NCBI GenBank assembly: GCA_905331295.1
Contig: CAJNYD010000503.1
Location: 1 to 64,000, forward strand
DNA from: Rotaria socialis
Lineage: Eukaryota
Direction of reading: 5' to 3'
Length of the DNA: 64,000 bases
Both the position numbers and the translations under genes were made by a program. Below the pieces are notes generated by a model. It was not told the origin of the DNA. It searched no databases and worked only from the letters and a program-made list of their open reading frames with translations. Below are positions 24,542-39,770 of the stretch, in pieces; the first letter of the stretch is position 1, and each line of letters begins with the position of its first letter.

Positions 24542-27500
24542 TCAGAACAATATTTTAATACGACGCTTGACAGGTTCAAAATCTGATGAATTCGATACAT
24601 TTTCGATTAAATTTATTAGATCATTATAATATTCATTGTTCTGTTTTAGATTAAGCCAAAATTTGTAAAATCCAGCAACTCTTTCTAGAAGAGGTAAATG
24701 TTTCAATAACTTGAATTCATTTGCAATTTTATAATCCTTCATATACATTACAACGTTTAATGCACATTGTAGATCAAAAGTTCTTTCGTAATTATAGTTA
24801 ATATAATCTGTTGTGGCGGTTAATTCTTGTAAATAGGATTTCAAAAATTGTAGACCACCAAATGAAACAACACCTGCAATTTCTAATTCTATTGTATTTT
24901 CATTATCTTCAAGTGTTGTAGCAAAACCAAAATCGATCAATTTTAAATGATTACATGTTTTATTGACCATCAAGTTTTCTGGACGTATATCTCGATGAAT
25001 GATACGACATTTATGTAAATATTCAATGATGCTAATAAGTTGTTCTGCCTGAGGTACTTTTATTGATTTTAAAGGTTTCAAAAAATTTTCAAATAATATA
25101 AATTTACCTAGAAAGAAAAACAAAAACTATTATGAACCAGAATAAATATTATTTGAATGATGCTAAAAAAAATATCGGACAAAAAACAAAATATTTCTTA
25201 TTATTTTAATAAATAAGAGTTTAATTTAAATTAGATGACTTCTTTTGATTATTTAATGATTTAACACGATTCATAATTTAGACTAGAGTTTTTCTTTTGA
25301 AACTTCAAAATTGTTTTGTTTAATAACAATTAGAAAATTTTATCTTAGAATTATTTTCATTTTTAAAATAAAAAAGAAACATCTTTCAAGATATAATTAA
25401 TAATAATCGAAGAGCATTCTAATAAACTTTTAATAATAAACGTTTTCTAATTTTCATTGATTTATTTTCGATTAATCTATAGATTTGAATTATTATAAAT
25501 TTTCATTTAATATAAATTAAGAATTTTTCTATGTTAAACAATTGATTATTGTCATGATAGAATGATATTAAATATTAATTCTTATTGATTTAACTTTATA
25601 TTTAAATTCATTTACTTAACATATAAACTAAATAAAACTAATCAATCAGCTATTATCTAACTTATTATTATTTTTCTTTTTCAACAGGTTTATATAAATA
25701 TATATATCGATTTTCTGAATTGATGCTTTTATTAGAATAAATCTGATAAATTTCATTTAATTCAAGTTTAATACATTAAACAAAACAATCTTTTATTTCA
25801 ATCTAAATTTCTCCAAATGCTTAAAAAATATTCGAGAAAATCTTTGTTCATTAATTTATACTAGGATTTTTCTATTACTTATTGAAAATTTCTAATGAAT
25901 TACTTGATCTACATTCATAAATAAAATTAAAATATTCTCTACTCTTAAAAAACAAAGAATCATTTCATTCATTTGAAGAATAAATAAATTCAACATGTTT
26001 TCTTCTTTTTAATCTAATTTAACCTTCAACAACTTATGCATATAAATACTATTATGAAGAAAAAAGATAAATTTTATTCATTAAATTAGAATTTCAATAA
26101 GAGTCCTTTCATTTGGAATTTTATAGCTGTTTATATATAAATAACTCTAAACTTCTGTAGTTTCTTTTTTCTCTTAATTATTTGTGTTCATAAAAATCTT
26201 TAAAAAAACTCGAATATTAGAAAATGTCGTTGTCAATTATTTTTAAAATTTAGATCGTTTTTTCTTCAAATTCATTTTCTACGGAACCAATAAAAAGAAA
26301 AAACATATTCCACGTTAGATTTTGTTCTTAAAAAAAATAATCTTTTGATTATTCATTTATTCTATATGTACTTGTTTTTCTTTTATTCTAACTCTCATTC
26401 AAATAAATTCTATTCAAATCTCTCTTTCATTGTAGTTCTCAAAATTCTTCCAAAAATCAATCGAAATGTTTTCTATTCTCTATTTTTAGTAGATTCTCAA
26501 TTCATTGAATAAATTCTAAACACCAATCAATTTTTCAGCAGAAAAATGTTACCTTCAAGTGATGCTTCTTCGATATTTGAAAAAAATAATTTCAAGTTAT
26601 TTGTATCATTCAAATTTTTTAATTCTAGGAATATATTAATTTCATTCATAAACATGTCGCAATAGTCTTCACTTTTGCAAATTTTCATTACACGAGATTG
26701 TCGATCACTAAGTGATTCATTATAGTTGTTATGAACCAATAGGTAAACCATTGAAGTAAGACCGCATCCTAATCTTGTTCTTATATAATATTGATCGCCA
26801 AATAAATTATCACCGGGATTTATGTTTAACATGTTATATTCATAAAAACCAGCATTCATGGTTAAAAATTTAATCAATATTTTCATTGTATCGTTATTAA
26901 GATGTCTTCGTCTTAATTGTTCGTTTGATATTTGTTTATTAACAGCTGATGACGAGGAGGAAGACGATGTTGATTTCGATGGCATATAAAACATTTCTAA
27001 TTTATCACTTTGGTAAAAATTATAATTACAGGAAGACGAATTTCGTTCTTTTACAACATAGTAAAATCTTATATGTTGAAGATTCGTTATAAAGCCATAG
27101 ATTTTTTGACGATTTTGTAGTTTTAATACATCAGTCAAATAACTGCACAATTGTCCGATGTGTTTGAATGCATCAATAGATTCATTTGATGACTTTACTT
27201 CACCAAGACAAACCACAAAATCTTGTAAAGATCCATATTCATCACGAATATTAATATTAATATTTTTATATGTAAAAGTACAATCAGGACTTTTATTTTG
27301 CATGAGATATTTATGATGAGTTGTATTCAGATATTTTAATGATGATAAATTTTTAAATTTATCATTTTTGTCAAATAATTTATGTATTGAATCCTCCAAT
27401 ACAACTTGCATATTGTTTTCTAATATAATTCTATCTAAAACCGATGAATAAAAACACTCTTCAAAAATGTTGATCATATCATCGTTAATATTATCGTTAT

Positions 27501-27954
27501 CATTTAATAACGATTCAATATCGAATCGATATAAATCTTTTTTTACAATCGAATTGTAATAAGACGCATTATCTAATGCTGAAGAATGATTTTGACTAGA
27601 GGTTGACGTTTGTTGTTCGTCTTGTGACTTCAGTCGTTTTTGTGCGTCATTTTCTTCAACGTGTTCTCGTTTTTCTCTTTCAAGTTCCAATCGTTTTGTT
27701 TCTTCTTTTTGTCTTTCCAATTTGATCTCTTCTGTTTTATGTCTTGCTTCTTCTGCTTGATGATTTTGTACTGTGATAAATGCATCTATTTCTTTTTGTT
27801 GAAATTTTAATTCTTTTGCTTTACGATTTTGTTCTGCGATAAATGCATCTATTATTTTTTGTTGCAGTCGTGCTTCTTCTGTTTTATATTTTTCTTCTTG
27901 GAGTTGTATCAGTAGTGGTAATAAATCTTTTGGAATATTAAACTGTTGATTCAT
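24542..27954 (-). CDS. ~655-aa protein: coiled coil + PD-(D/E)xK-like nuclease fold + Ser/Thr kinase (Crinkler/FunK1-like); exons 27954-26553 and 25107-24542
   Basis: KSPDCTF...CLGEVK; kinase motifs LGCGLTSMVY, VMKI, HRDIRPENLM, LIDFGFA; a phase-1 GT-AG intron joins the two ORFs in frame. Confidence 0.8.
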
Positions 27955-28520
27955 TAATCTTCTAATCGAGTAGTCGTGATTCGAAGTTTATCTATAACAA
28001 ACGAAAAAGTTTCCTATGATAGAAATATCAAAATTATTATGAATATCGATAAGAACTCGATTTATATATTTTTTTAGAAATAAAAACATCATTGTGTAAC
28101 ATATACCTTCGATGCAGAAAATACGAAAGAGGGCGCCCGATGATGGTTATAATATATAATCAATATTTTTTTATAGAATAGATCTGAAATCGAAGCTGGA
28201 ATATTATCATTTTAAAAATTCGTAGTATTATCTCGATTCTTTTTTTCGCAAAATACTCGAGATTTAATTGATTACATTATCCATCTATTTTATTATACTT
28301 GGAAAGTTTTTATTGGAGTATGATGTCAAGATGAAACGACAGATTAATTCCTAGATATTATCGAAATGAATACAAGAGAAGAAAGATTGTTTTTTCTATT
28401 TTAAACTTTGAGCGTGTCTTCAAATAGAACATATGTTTGCCTATTCGATTTTATAGTAACGAACAGAGAAAAACATTATACCTCAATTATATTAATCCAA
28501 AGTGGATTTAAAGTTAACTA

Positions 28521-29366
28521 TCGGGTGGCCCGTGTTAAATGTTCCTATCAGTGGTTTTTGAATAACTTCATCATTTTTATTCTCTAGACCTTAGTTATTC
28601 AATTCTCTACAAGATCGAAATCAAAAATTTTCCTGTGGAAAAGATTATTCAACAGGTACAACAGCATCAACTTTCAAAGCGACTTTTAAAACAAACTTTT
28701 GCCAATTTTTTACAATGGCACACAAAACGAACAGAAGCAAAGATGTTACTGAGTACTTTGAAGTGTACTCTTTCTCGTCGTGTAGCTCAGAACTCGTTGA
28801 AATCAAACGAAAGATCGAAAAATCTGACTTTTCGAAAATTCTCTTCAAAATAGCTTAAATTAGATATTTGGCGTTAGATGAATTGAAGAAAAAAATGAAG
28901 ACTCAAATTTTGCGTCCGACTTTGGTAAATTAGGCCATTTCGATCAAAATGAAAAAAACGAATGCAAAAATGATATTTTGGCTTAATTACGCTTCTTTTC
29001 CTAAAAGTATCGAAATTGCAGATTAAAAGAGCTGAATTCTGGCAACTCTGAAAGATGAGATACTTAGAGCGCGCATTAAAAGGGTCGGTGTGGAAACTCC
29101 TCAAATATGATCGGAAGATAGAGCTTGTTGAGTGCTGCAAAATACCTGCATTATTTAATTTTTATCGTCGCTGAGCAACGAAAAACTCTACAAAAACTAT
29201 TTTCCAGCTTTGAGAGTTGATGCTGTTATACCTGTTGAATAATCTTTTCCACAGGAAAATTTTTGATTTCGATCTTGTAGAGAATTGAATAACTAAGGTC
29301 TAGAGAATAAAAATGATGAAGTTATTCAAAAAACACTGATAGGGACACTTTACCTGGGTCACCCGA
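28521..29366. mobile_element. Tc1/mariner-type MITE with ~160-bp TIRs and a TA target duplication
   Basis: ta|tcgggtggcc...ggtcacccga|ta; 28521-28680 is the near reverse complement of 29207-29366. Confidence 0.85.
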
Positions 29367-30715
29367 TACTATAATGACTATAACGCTCTCATCAGAGGCC
29401 AATGCAATATTCATTCACTTCCATTCGCCATTTGTTATATGAATAAATATTCTAGTAAATTTCATGAAGGTTTATTCTTAACGGTTCATAAACTATGTAT
29501 GCAAACTCTACTCCATTCATTCGAGTATGATTTCTTGTTACTCGAATCTCCCAAACTTTTACAGTAAAAAATCGAAGGATAATAATTATGATCGGTATTC
29601 TAGGCTTTGTCATTTTTCTTTTACTACTCTTTTTGTTTTACATGCTAAATGAACTATTTAATTAAAAATCCGTTTCTATATAGTATAATGTATTATTCTA
29701 TTACTCGATTATTATTGTCGTATATCTTGCTCTTTAGTCGCCACTTATTACGGAGATACATTGATCGACAAATCATGCTCTTGTAAGTCTGTAATATATC
29801 GAACATTATTGATAGTGGATGAATTTTTAGAAATATTGCTTGTAAACAATAGTAGCACGTCAATATTATCAAACAACCATAAGTTATGTAAAATGTGAGA
29901 TGGCAGCAATGAATAAGAATCATAACCCTTTATAAAAATAAAAAGTCGTGGTGAGTCGGTATTGAAAGTGAATTCTGATGAATTTAAAATAAAAAGTTAA
30001 TCTTAACGCTGAAAACTTTTATGGAATTATACTGAATTTCTATCGATATTCAACTGAATTATGGTCTGTGTTATGTCCATTATATCTAGATCTACATACG
30101 CCTATAGTGATATGGTTTAACATGATGTTCGTTGGGAAATAAAATATGTGTAATTTTATCTGTAAAACATCTATAAAACACTATAGACTACTGATCACTT
30201 TCACACGGATCATGCATATAATACATCATTATTCATGTGCACGCGAACTAATTGGTTGCCAGGCATATTGACAGGGAAAACTGGTGATAACTCAGTAATA
30301 GATATCGATCGCGATCAACCATAGGTAAATGAAAATAATAATATTTACTCGATTGAATGTCATGTTGTACAATAAGAAGAGAAAAATACATGAACTCATA
30401 AATCCAAGCAACCTGACAACTTGAATACGCTGTTATTTCAACGAATTATTCGATTAATACTCTTTTAAAAGTAGCGTTAATTCGGTTGCGATAAAGAATT
30501 TTTGATGATGTAACCGTCGGTGGTTACATTTGGGTGTTGATGTTTGAGACAGAGTGCAAAAAGGAAATGAAATTAGAAACAGTACTTTCAGTCATCACAA
30601 CCGGGAAAATATTTCGAAGTTCCCTGAAAAATGAAATATATCTGACAGTATTTATTCTAGGAAACAGGTCTATATAAATTTATCAAGAGTTCTATAATAA
30701 AAGAATTTTGTTTTT

Positions 30716-30796
30716 GGTGGAACTCACATATATTTTCGAAGAAAATGTTCAGTGTAAGTTTAAAAGCGAAATTTTTGCGGCTGCCCCTTCCCCATG
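30716..30796 (+). repeat. Dispersed MITE-end fragment shared with ~43592-43668
   Basis: gtggaactcacatatattttcgaagaaaatgttcagtgtaagtttaaaagcg...ccccat found at both sites. Confidence 0.7.
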
Positions 30797-31253
30797 ACAA
30801 ATATTAATGAGTTCTAAATTGTGCTACACTAGGAACTTGACTAATTAGGCTGCTGCTACTTCTTGTTTTTTAGATTACAGGCTTCACGGAAAAAGTCAGA
30901 TTTGCCCATTACAGATCAAAGCAACTAGTCTCTGAAATTGCTAAAGATAGCAGCTAACAACTTACTATGGGGGAAAATGGATTCATTTTTCAATAACTGA
31001 ATATTCTTCATTTCTTTTCTTTATATCGTACTATTTCGAAAGAATAAACGTTCGTTTCACCGTTAGACTTGGATTGGACCGGCGGCCCAAAAGAAAAAAA
31101 CGTTTCTTCGATTCATTTGCTCGCTCATACATAGTCAACTTGACTTATAGGATAATGCATCTTTGTTTCCTCTGACGATATCAGGCAATTAGATGAAAGA
31201 AATATGCGTATATAAATAATCACATTTCTGAGTTACAAAAGACACATACAGAA

Positions 31254-33042
31254 ATGAAAATAAACAGGGAGCATTCAACGATTCAATTGGATAATTTACC
31301 TGATGAAATTCTTATTATGATTTTAAAAAAGATGTCCCAAACTGATGTACTCTATTCTTTGATAGATGTTAATCAACGACTTAATGCGATTGCACATGAT
31401 CCTATTTTTACTAATCATTTAACCTTACGGGAATTTATCTCGAATGATTCCATCAATCCATCAACTGACTCAATGTTTGATCGATTTTGTTCGCACATTT
31501 TACCCAAAATTAACGATAAAATCAAATGGCTTGATCTTGACTCATCATGTATGGAACGTATCCTTCGAGCTACTAATTATCCTAGTCTATATGGACTTAC
31601 TCTATATAATATGAACGTAGAAATATCTATGCACTACGCAACTGGTAAGATCTATTATTTCAATAGTTTTTATTCAGAATAAATAAGAAGTTTTTAGAAA
31701 GAAAAAAATTACCATCATCGTTTCTTTGAATCTAACATGCGAAACTTTGTATTTATTTTTAGATGAAACTATTTTAAGTAATCTATTTAAAAATCAAATT
31801 TTATCACTTAATATTCATCTGAGAGAAGCGGAAGAAGAATTTTATGCAGCCTCGTTGAATGCAGTTATATTTATGGATATTATTAATACGTTCACCAACC
31901 TACAAAATTTAAATTTCTGTCCATCTTCAATTTCGAATTCAGCGTTATCATTTAATACTTATATTCTAAGAATGACTTCTTCAACTCTCTTAGAACTACA
32001 TATCCGTGTGACAGATTTCAACGATTGTCTTTATTTACTTGATGGACGTTTCAGTCAACTTCGTAGGTTGTATGTTAATATTTCTTCCGTTTACACGTTA
32101 TCATTCCGAACCGAAAATACGGTAGACTAATTTTGATTTTTATCTAATTTATCCGAATGAAAAAATGGGATGTGTTCTCTTTTCTAGGAGAATCTGCCTA
32201 ATTTAAAATGCTTTTCACTGAATTGCAAAAACACGTTATATTATTATGATGAATTAATTGTTCCACTTTTAAACCGAATGATCAATCTAGACGAACTTGG
32301 TTTATATATAATAGTTAGTATCAGGAACACATTTGTTGATGGTAATGATTTGAAAAACAAAATTATCAATAAAATGTCACGATTGAATAAATTTCACTTT
32401 AACATTCGTTCAACTATTGCTCTTCGGAATCAAATTAATTTACAATCAAATGAAGATATTCAATATACATTCAAAGATTTTCGTGATAATCATATTATTT
32501 CTTGTGTTGATTATTTTTCAGAGACTCGACAAGGTCAATCTCATATCTATTCATATCCTTATACATTGGACAATTATCATAGAATAACTAATACTTTTCC
32601 AGGCGGATTATTTAAATGTATCTCTAAAATATCATTATATGATGAACGACCTTTTGAACACGAATTTTTTCTTCGAATTGCTCAATCATTTCCATTGGTA
32701 AAAGATTTAACTTTGGTTAATGTGAAACCTCAAAATGGTAAAGAAACTGATGGCAACCAAAATTTGCCAATCATTGAATATGCTCATCTTACCACGCTTG
32801 ATCTTATTAAATCTCATTTCGATTATATCGAACAATTTCTACTTGATACAAAAACGACTTTGTCAAGAAATGTTGATCTTTCTGTGGTTTATCAAGCACT
32901 GAGAAAAGTAACACAAAAATTTGAAAGCAATGCTACACGAAGCAATTGTTCGAAATTGAGTGGTTTAGCTATTGTTGGCCAACATCGAATTCCTAAATAT
33001 GTACAAAAATATTTTCCTCATACAGAAATATCCATTTGTTAA
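31254..33042 (+). CDS. F-box/LRR-like protein, 3 exons (31254-31644, 31763-32121, 32188-33042)
   Basis: LDNLPDEILIMILKKMSQTDVLYSL; family motifs DCLYLLDGRFSQL, HIYSYPY, DERPFEHEFFLRIAQSFP; in-frame GT-AG splicing. Confidence 0.85.
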
Positions 33043-35393
33043 TTTTTATCAAATATTGTTTAAATAAAATGTGTTCAAAACGAAATCATTATGAAATGAA
33101 TGAGAAAAAATACTTTCAAAAATCTGAATTGATAGGAAAGAAATTATGTACTATCATAGTCAGAAAGAATCATTTGAATCCAACGAATGCCATAAATTAT
33201 ATTATTATCTATTGAATTAATAGATAATATATCATTTACATTTTGTCCATTTATTTTCTATATTATACTTTATTTATCTTTCGTAAGAATTGAGTAAGAT
33301 GTTTATTTTTATGATGTTCGAATTTACAGGGAAATTGAAAGAAAATGGCACTCAGATAAAAACTGTATAAGTCGTGAATTCAATTTTATTTTTTTCGAAC
33401 TTCAAAAAATAGGATTTAAAAAAAGAAGCTTTCAATCTTCTACTATCAAGTTTGTTTTAATAATCGTTTTGAATATCAATCTTCTAAATTTGTGATTTAA
33501 ATCAAAATATTATATTTCACATCATCTTGGTCATTGTATGAAAGAAAGCGACACAAAACCATGATCGTATTTTCCAATCTTTTTATTTTCTCATCAATAT
33601 AAACATGAACCCATTTTCATATAGACAGTTCTATTGTATTTATAACTTCTTCTTTGTAGTGAGGATGTAATATATCTAGGTCTTTCGAATTCGATATGAT
33701 TTTGAATTTGTGATTTAGTCTCAAAGTTATTTTAATTCTAATATAAGTCTAATGCTAAAGCTGTGGGTTTGTTGTTTATCTACTTTGCAAATAAGCAATT
33801 GATTCAATTCATATGATTTCGATAGTTTATAAAGTTTTATCAAGAGAGAAAGTGCAGATTTGGAACTCTCAGCACTAGACAGTGATTTTGGTACTTGGTA
33901 CCTGTACTTTCCCCCTTGGCTATTGTTCAATATATATATATGTATATGTATTTAGGAGCCATTTCACGTAAATCACCATCGGAATGGCTCGAACGAGTGT
34001 CGTCAGATTTCCTTCAATTTAGAATCTTCTCGTCGAGTGAAGAATCTTATGAGCTTTGGTGCAACCCGTTTTGAACAAAATTAAACTATAGAGTTTTTAT
34101 CGTTGCTTCACAAAAATGACCTAGATTAAGAGGGCCTTGACAAGACCATATCTCAAACAATGGCATTACCGATTGAGCCGAAATTTTTCAAGGAAATAGA
34201 TTCTCATGAATTATCAGTAATATGAAATTTCCACTATCGATAAACAGCTTACCGGTGAATATCTTTGAAAAATGTGCAACTTTTCATACTCTGCCCTGCC
34301 ATTCATAGGCATGATTTTGAGATAAACTTTTCTTCCAACAAATAAGGATGATTTGAAGGTTGAACTTGCACAATTAGAAGACCCATCTGAGATTTACAAC
34401 ATCATGGTAAAGATTTCCGTATTCGAGAACTAAATTACTAGATCAATGCTATTCTGTATGTTTTAGAAACAAACAGTACTCTGAATCGAAAAAAGTTCAA
34501 GATCAAGCAATAGAATGGTAAATTGCTTTATTTTAATAGTGGTGTTAAGAAATATCAAGCTAGCTATTTTTTCTGGCATAATGCCAATTGCCCTGACCAG
34601 ATTGACTGACCAATTCGAATAATCCGAAGAAGAGTTATTTCGGTCAACTGTATACGACTGCTACCATTACTTTTCCTATGATTTTTTCATCAACATATAG
34701 AGAGGATACGTCAAATTAGTAATGATACAACAAAAACTTGCCTTTCTTCAACGTATCACGATTGAGAACGCACAAAAACAAATTGAGTTCGTAAATTTTT
34801 ATTCGAATTATACCAGATGGCCCTATTCATTAAATAATAACTATCACGACTATCAAGTACATTTTGGTTGAATTTAAGACGAATTTTTTGTTTTCTAGTT
34901 GTAATAAATTCCCGACGTTTACAAAATTTTAAAGAAAGATTATATGTGAAAAATTGATACTTTTATTATATATAACAACAAGAGTATTTTAAATCGATTA
35001 ACATTCAAATATTGAACGAGCTTATTTATATCATCAACGAGTCAGTATTCGTTGTAACAGTCAACCTTTCACTTTCATCAAACTAACTTATGACAGCTAT
35101 ATCTTCTTATTTCTTCTTTGGCACATTCCTGATTGGTGCTAAACTGTTCGTTGTCCTTGAATAATGAGTGAGGCTATTGATGAAAGAAACAGCAAATGAC
35201 TAGACGAGAGCAGTGAATAAGAAAAAATAGTTGAACTACAAATAACTTTTGGGCATCATTCATCGAGTTGTACTATCGATGGTAGACAGAAAAAAAACTA
35301 GGCAAAATTGAACATAGGAAATAAACAAGTGGTAGGACTCATTTATCATATAGATCGTGGTGCGAAAGTTACGGGACAAAATATTTGTTCATT

Positions 35394-36232
35394 TTTTACC
35401 CACTTGAAAGTACTCGAGACAAGTGAAAAGGAATCATGTAGAAACAGAATTCGATGCTCTGTTTGAATATGGGCTCCGAAAGTTTTTGTCTGATTTTTCT
35501 CCGGAGTAGGAAGGGAATCTTAGAAAGACCTGAACAATTTTCCATACATTTTCGTATTTCCATTATTGGAATCGGTAACTAAAAGTCGGAACCTTTATTA
35601 ATACATTAACTTGTAGAGCAAAATTTATCCTACGAAATTCACTATTTCCGTTCTTTTTTTTGTCTTTTGGGAAAACACCTCAATTTTCGTTATTCTTGCA
35701 CTCTTTTTCGTAAAAAGTTCGTTACACACGAAATGCCTATAGTTTTATTTGAGTATAAACTACAGATTAATTCAATATTTCATTTGTAAAAACATATTTG
35801 CTGTACAAAAATTATCGAGTCGGATAAATGTTAGCATCTTTACCATGGGACCTATAGAAGTTAGCTAAACCTGTTATTCATTGCTGGAGATAATCTTTTA
35901 AGCCTTAACAAAATGAAATAACTAATCTCAACCAAAAACAGACAGAAATTTTCCAGGTCAATATTCAGAAAGAGTGCAAAATTTTGGTTCTAGTCCATAG
36001 CTTTTAATGCGTACGACATACTTTCAAGCAAGCCAAAATAAAAAATATACTGTACAGAAACTTCGACCCACTTGTTCCGTCCAAATTAATTTTTTATGCC
36101 TCTTAGATATTCCCTCAATACTCTAGAACAAAATTAGACAAAAAATTTCTGAGCACATTCAGAAAGAGCATCAAATTCTGGTTCTACATGACATATTTTC
36201 ACTTGTCTCGAATACTTTCAAGTGGATCAAAA
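35394..36232. mobile_element. MITE-like element with ~100-bp diverged inverted repeats
   Basis: ccacttgaaagtactcgagacaagtgaaaa...gatgctct pairs with agagcatc...ttttcacttgtctcgaatactttcaagtgg. Confidence 0.65.
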
Positions 36233-38026
36233 ATCTCGTCATATTACTAAAAAAATTGGCATTAACCGAAGACAAAGAATTTTCATGTATTAGTAATGTA
36301 GAAATTTGGTTACTTGTTCACGTCATCATTCGAATTTATATCCAGACATATATCTTTCTCCCAATTAATTTTTCGTTCTACTCTTTATTAATTCCGAATG
36401 GTCTGATTTAAACTGTAGCAATAGTGGAATAGTCTTCAACATAATTTGTTTATTAAAACAAGAAGTGATATTAATGTTCATCTACGTGGTTGCTGCATTT
36501 CTCTACACATGTTTTTATTTAACGAAGATCGACTACACCATTACATACGTAGTCCTTATTCGATGGTCCATTGAAGCTACATTGGCTTCGTATATTTTTT
36601 GGCATACTATATTAAAGGTAACGAAGTTTGTCTGAATGGACCTCATTTATCATCTATTTTTGCAATGATTATCAAGGTGCCATTATTCATAATGATACGA
36701 TATACCGAAAGTGAATCTGATTTTTTTCTACATGACTTAGGAAAGTTTCTTTTTCATACGTTATGTTGTGTATCTAAAAATAAAGTATTTGATTTAGAAG
36801 GTAATCATTCATTGAATCGTCAATAGGCCTCGTATTTTTCTTTCGATAAAATATCAATAAATCGAATTCTAGTAAAAAACGATTCTTAATGCGGTAAAAA
36901 TCCCTTCTGGTTTCGATTTGCAAAAAAATTGGAATTTTACTTTCTGACCAAGAAGGAAATTATAGATTTCAAGACTTGAAAATCATTCGGAAATTTATTT
37001 TACAAGTTTCTGAAAAACAAAAGAAAGGCAGAAGTGACAAAAAGGACATTACGAATGAAAGTGAGTGATATCATTCCCAAGAAATGTCAATAGTTTCGGT
37101 TCCGACATGATCCTAAAAGTGTTAATGAAAATTCGAAGCCGATTTCGATTCAAACAAAGTCGATTTGGTGTTATGCCTATCGAAACCAATACTTTTTAAC
37201 GGATTAGACCAAGGTAAAAATTGTAAAATATCAACTTTGTCTGATAGGATAAAATACGTGTCCGAATCGAAAATTTACTTATTAAAATTGTATATAGAAT
37301 TATCAGCATTCAACGTAATTCTAATCATGTTTATTCCTTATTTTTAGAAAGCAAATTTATAGTTCTGTAATTGATATTCAGCATTGCATAGTATTGTTTT
37401 TTAGGCTGTCATCTTCTCAGAATGAGAGTTGTCTGTCGATCGTCTCAAGAAAAAATACGTAGAATATATAACAATGAGCACATTTAAGTAGACTTATCAA
37501 ACAAGTTTATTTTCTATCAAACGAAGAAAAATAATTTGATTGACTGCAGATGAATCTAAGGTATGATGGGAAAATGTCGAAAACAAAATTGAGGGATGAA
37601 AATGTGGATGTAACAGTAAGGGTGATGTTTTCGATATTTTTCCATCCATTCACTTCGATACGACATATACATGCCTAACGAAAGAGAGAATAGACGTTTG
37701 TTGTAACAATCAAAGTGCGTTCGACCAATGATAACGCTAATAGGAAATGACCGGTAAACAAGCACGGCGACAGAAAGGAAGAGAAACGACGGACGTTCTT
37801 TTTCCGTTCGTCATCTCCTATGCTGCTCAACTGCTTCAACCGTAACACTGTTGAGCAAACAATATCATTTTTAATAAGCGAATAAGACTGAAAAAAAGTC
37901 GATTCGATTCGACTTCTTTTTGGATTGCTTTTTGGATTGCTTTTTGTTGATTCGATTCTCAATGATTAACTATCCTTTAGTTCGAAATATATTGTTTTTG
38001 TTCTCAGACAAAAAATAAATAGATCA

Positions 38027-39770
38027 ATGAGTGATACACCGAAAAAGAAACGAATTGAAGAAAGCGAACAGGTTGTTGATGAAAAATACGAATATATTAC
38101 AAAACTACCTGATGGAGGTTATGGTTGAGTAATTGCTATTACTGCGATGGTATTTTATTTTTTAAATTTATTATCATTAATATTTATTTTATTTTATTTT
38201 GCTCATCGACTTAGCTTTGTAATCTTGTTTGTGATGGGACATTGTTTACTTTCGATAGCATGAAATTTAATTTACAAAAACATTTTGGATGTTCTGACAT
38301 GATTATTCTTCTCGCGGTATCTGCTCCTTGTGGCATTTATTTATTAGTTGGTATGTTTAATTTCGTCTTTTTACGAAAACTAAAACAGTTATTTTTTTTT
38401 TGTAAAGGTCCAATTGTATCAGTTCTCTCTAAGAGATATAGTTTTCGACTAACAATTATAATTGGAAGCATTGGTTCAGCTGCTTGTACATTTATATTAA
38501 CTATGTCAAGAAATCTTATGGAATTCATAATTATTCATGGAATAATTGGCAGTGTGTTTTTTTGCATGGTTTATCTTTCGTTCGTAGAATTATTTAAAAA
38601 AGAATGTATCCATAATTTTCTTTTTTTCTCGATAAATCTAGATCAATAGTAGTGATTTCATTTTATTTTGACAAAAAACGAGCTATTGTCAATGGTATAT
38701 GATCAGTTAGTCAATGCTGTGTTTAGATTTGTGTATTGCTTGTTTTAGGATTCGTTATGGCTGGCGGAAACATTGGTGCTTTAATATTTTATCCATGGTC
38801 TAAGTATGTGATGGAAACGTTTGGTTGGCAACGTGCTTTACTTACACTTGCTTTTATCATGCTGACATGTATTTTATTCGGAACAATAATGAAACCATTA
38901 AAACCAGAGCGAGTACCAATACAGCGAACGGGTGTAAAATCATTGTAAGTATCTAATCATTTTGTTTATTTATTGTATAATATTACATATAAGGATATCA
39001 TAAAAACAAAACCGGATCTTACAACAGCATCGTCAACTGATGATGCGAATATGGTAAACTTGAAATATATTAATATTTGCAAAAATAAAGTTTATATTTT
39101 CATAGCCATCATCGTTCTACAATCATGCAATGAATACGAATGATCAAATTAATGCTCCTGATGTTTCAAATTTAATTGTAACATCTTCACATGGTGGTAC
39201 TAACACAATATCACCATCACGTCGACCATCATCGAATGCAAATGTTTCTCATCTCTTTGGAGTTCCCGATGCAGAAAATGCATGTCGTCCATTAGATAAA
39301 AAAGATGTACTATTCACTGGCTCAAAACAACAATTTCATACATCACAAAGCAACACGTATGCACCATCGATGATAAATTTTTCAATATTGAAAAATTGGC
39401 AGATGCTACTAATTTATATCGGAAATGTTTTTTCTATGGTTGGATATGGTTTATCAATCGTGAATCTTGTTTTACTTGCAGTTTATGGTCATGGGTTAGA
39501 TATAAGAAGTGCATTACGTTTAAGAAACGTATTTGGTAAATGCAAAAGAAACATAACAACACGATGAGGAACTAAATTATAATCTATTTTTCTTTTTTTA
39601 GAATTTTTCTATACATTAGGCCTACTTTCAGGAGGATTTATGACTATGATACCTCATCTCAGTGCTTTACGCGTTCATAATACATTTTTATTCATTGCTG
39701 GTATTGTAACCGTTTTAGCTGCTTATGCAAATAACTTCATAACTCTTGCGCTCTATGCTGGTGTATTTGG
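38027..39770 (+). pseudogene. Monocarboxylate transporter (SLC16/MCT, MFS) with a nonsense mutation and 3' truncation
   Basis: PDGGYG* (TGA 38126-38128 replaces the conserved Trp); YFDKKRAIVNG, FGWQRALL; coding sequence runs into (GGGTGT)n after YAGVFG, so the final TM helices are missing. Confidence 0.85.
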
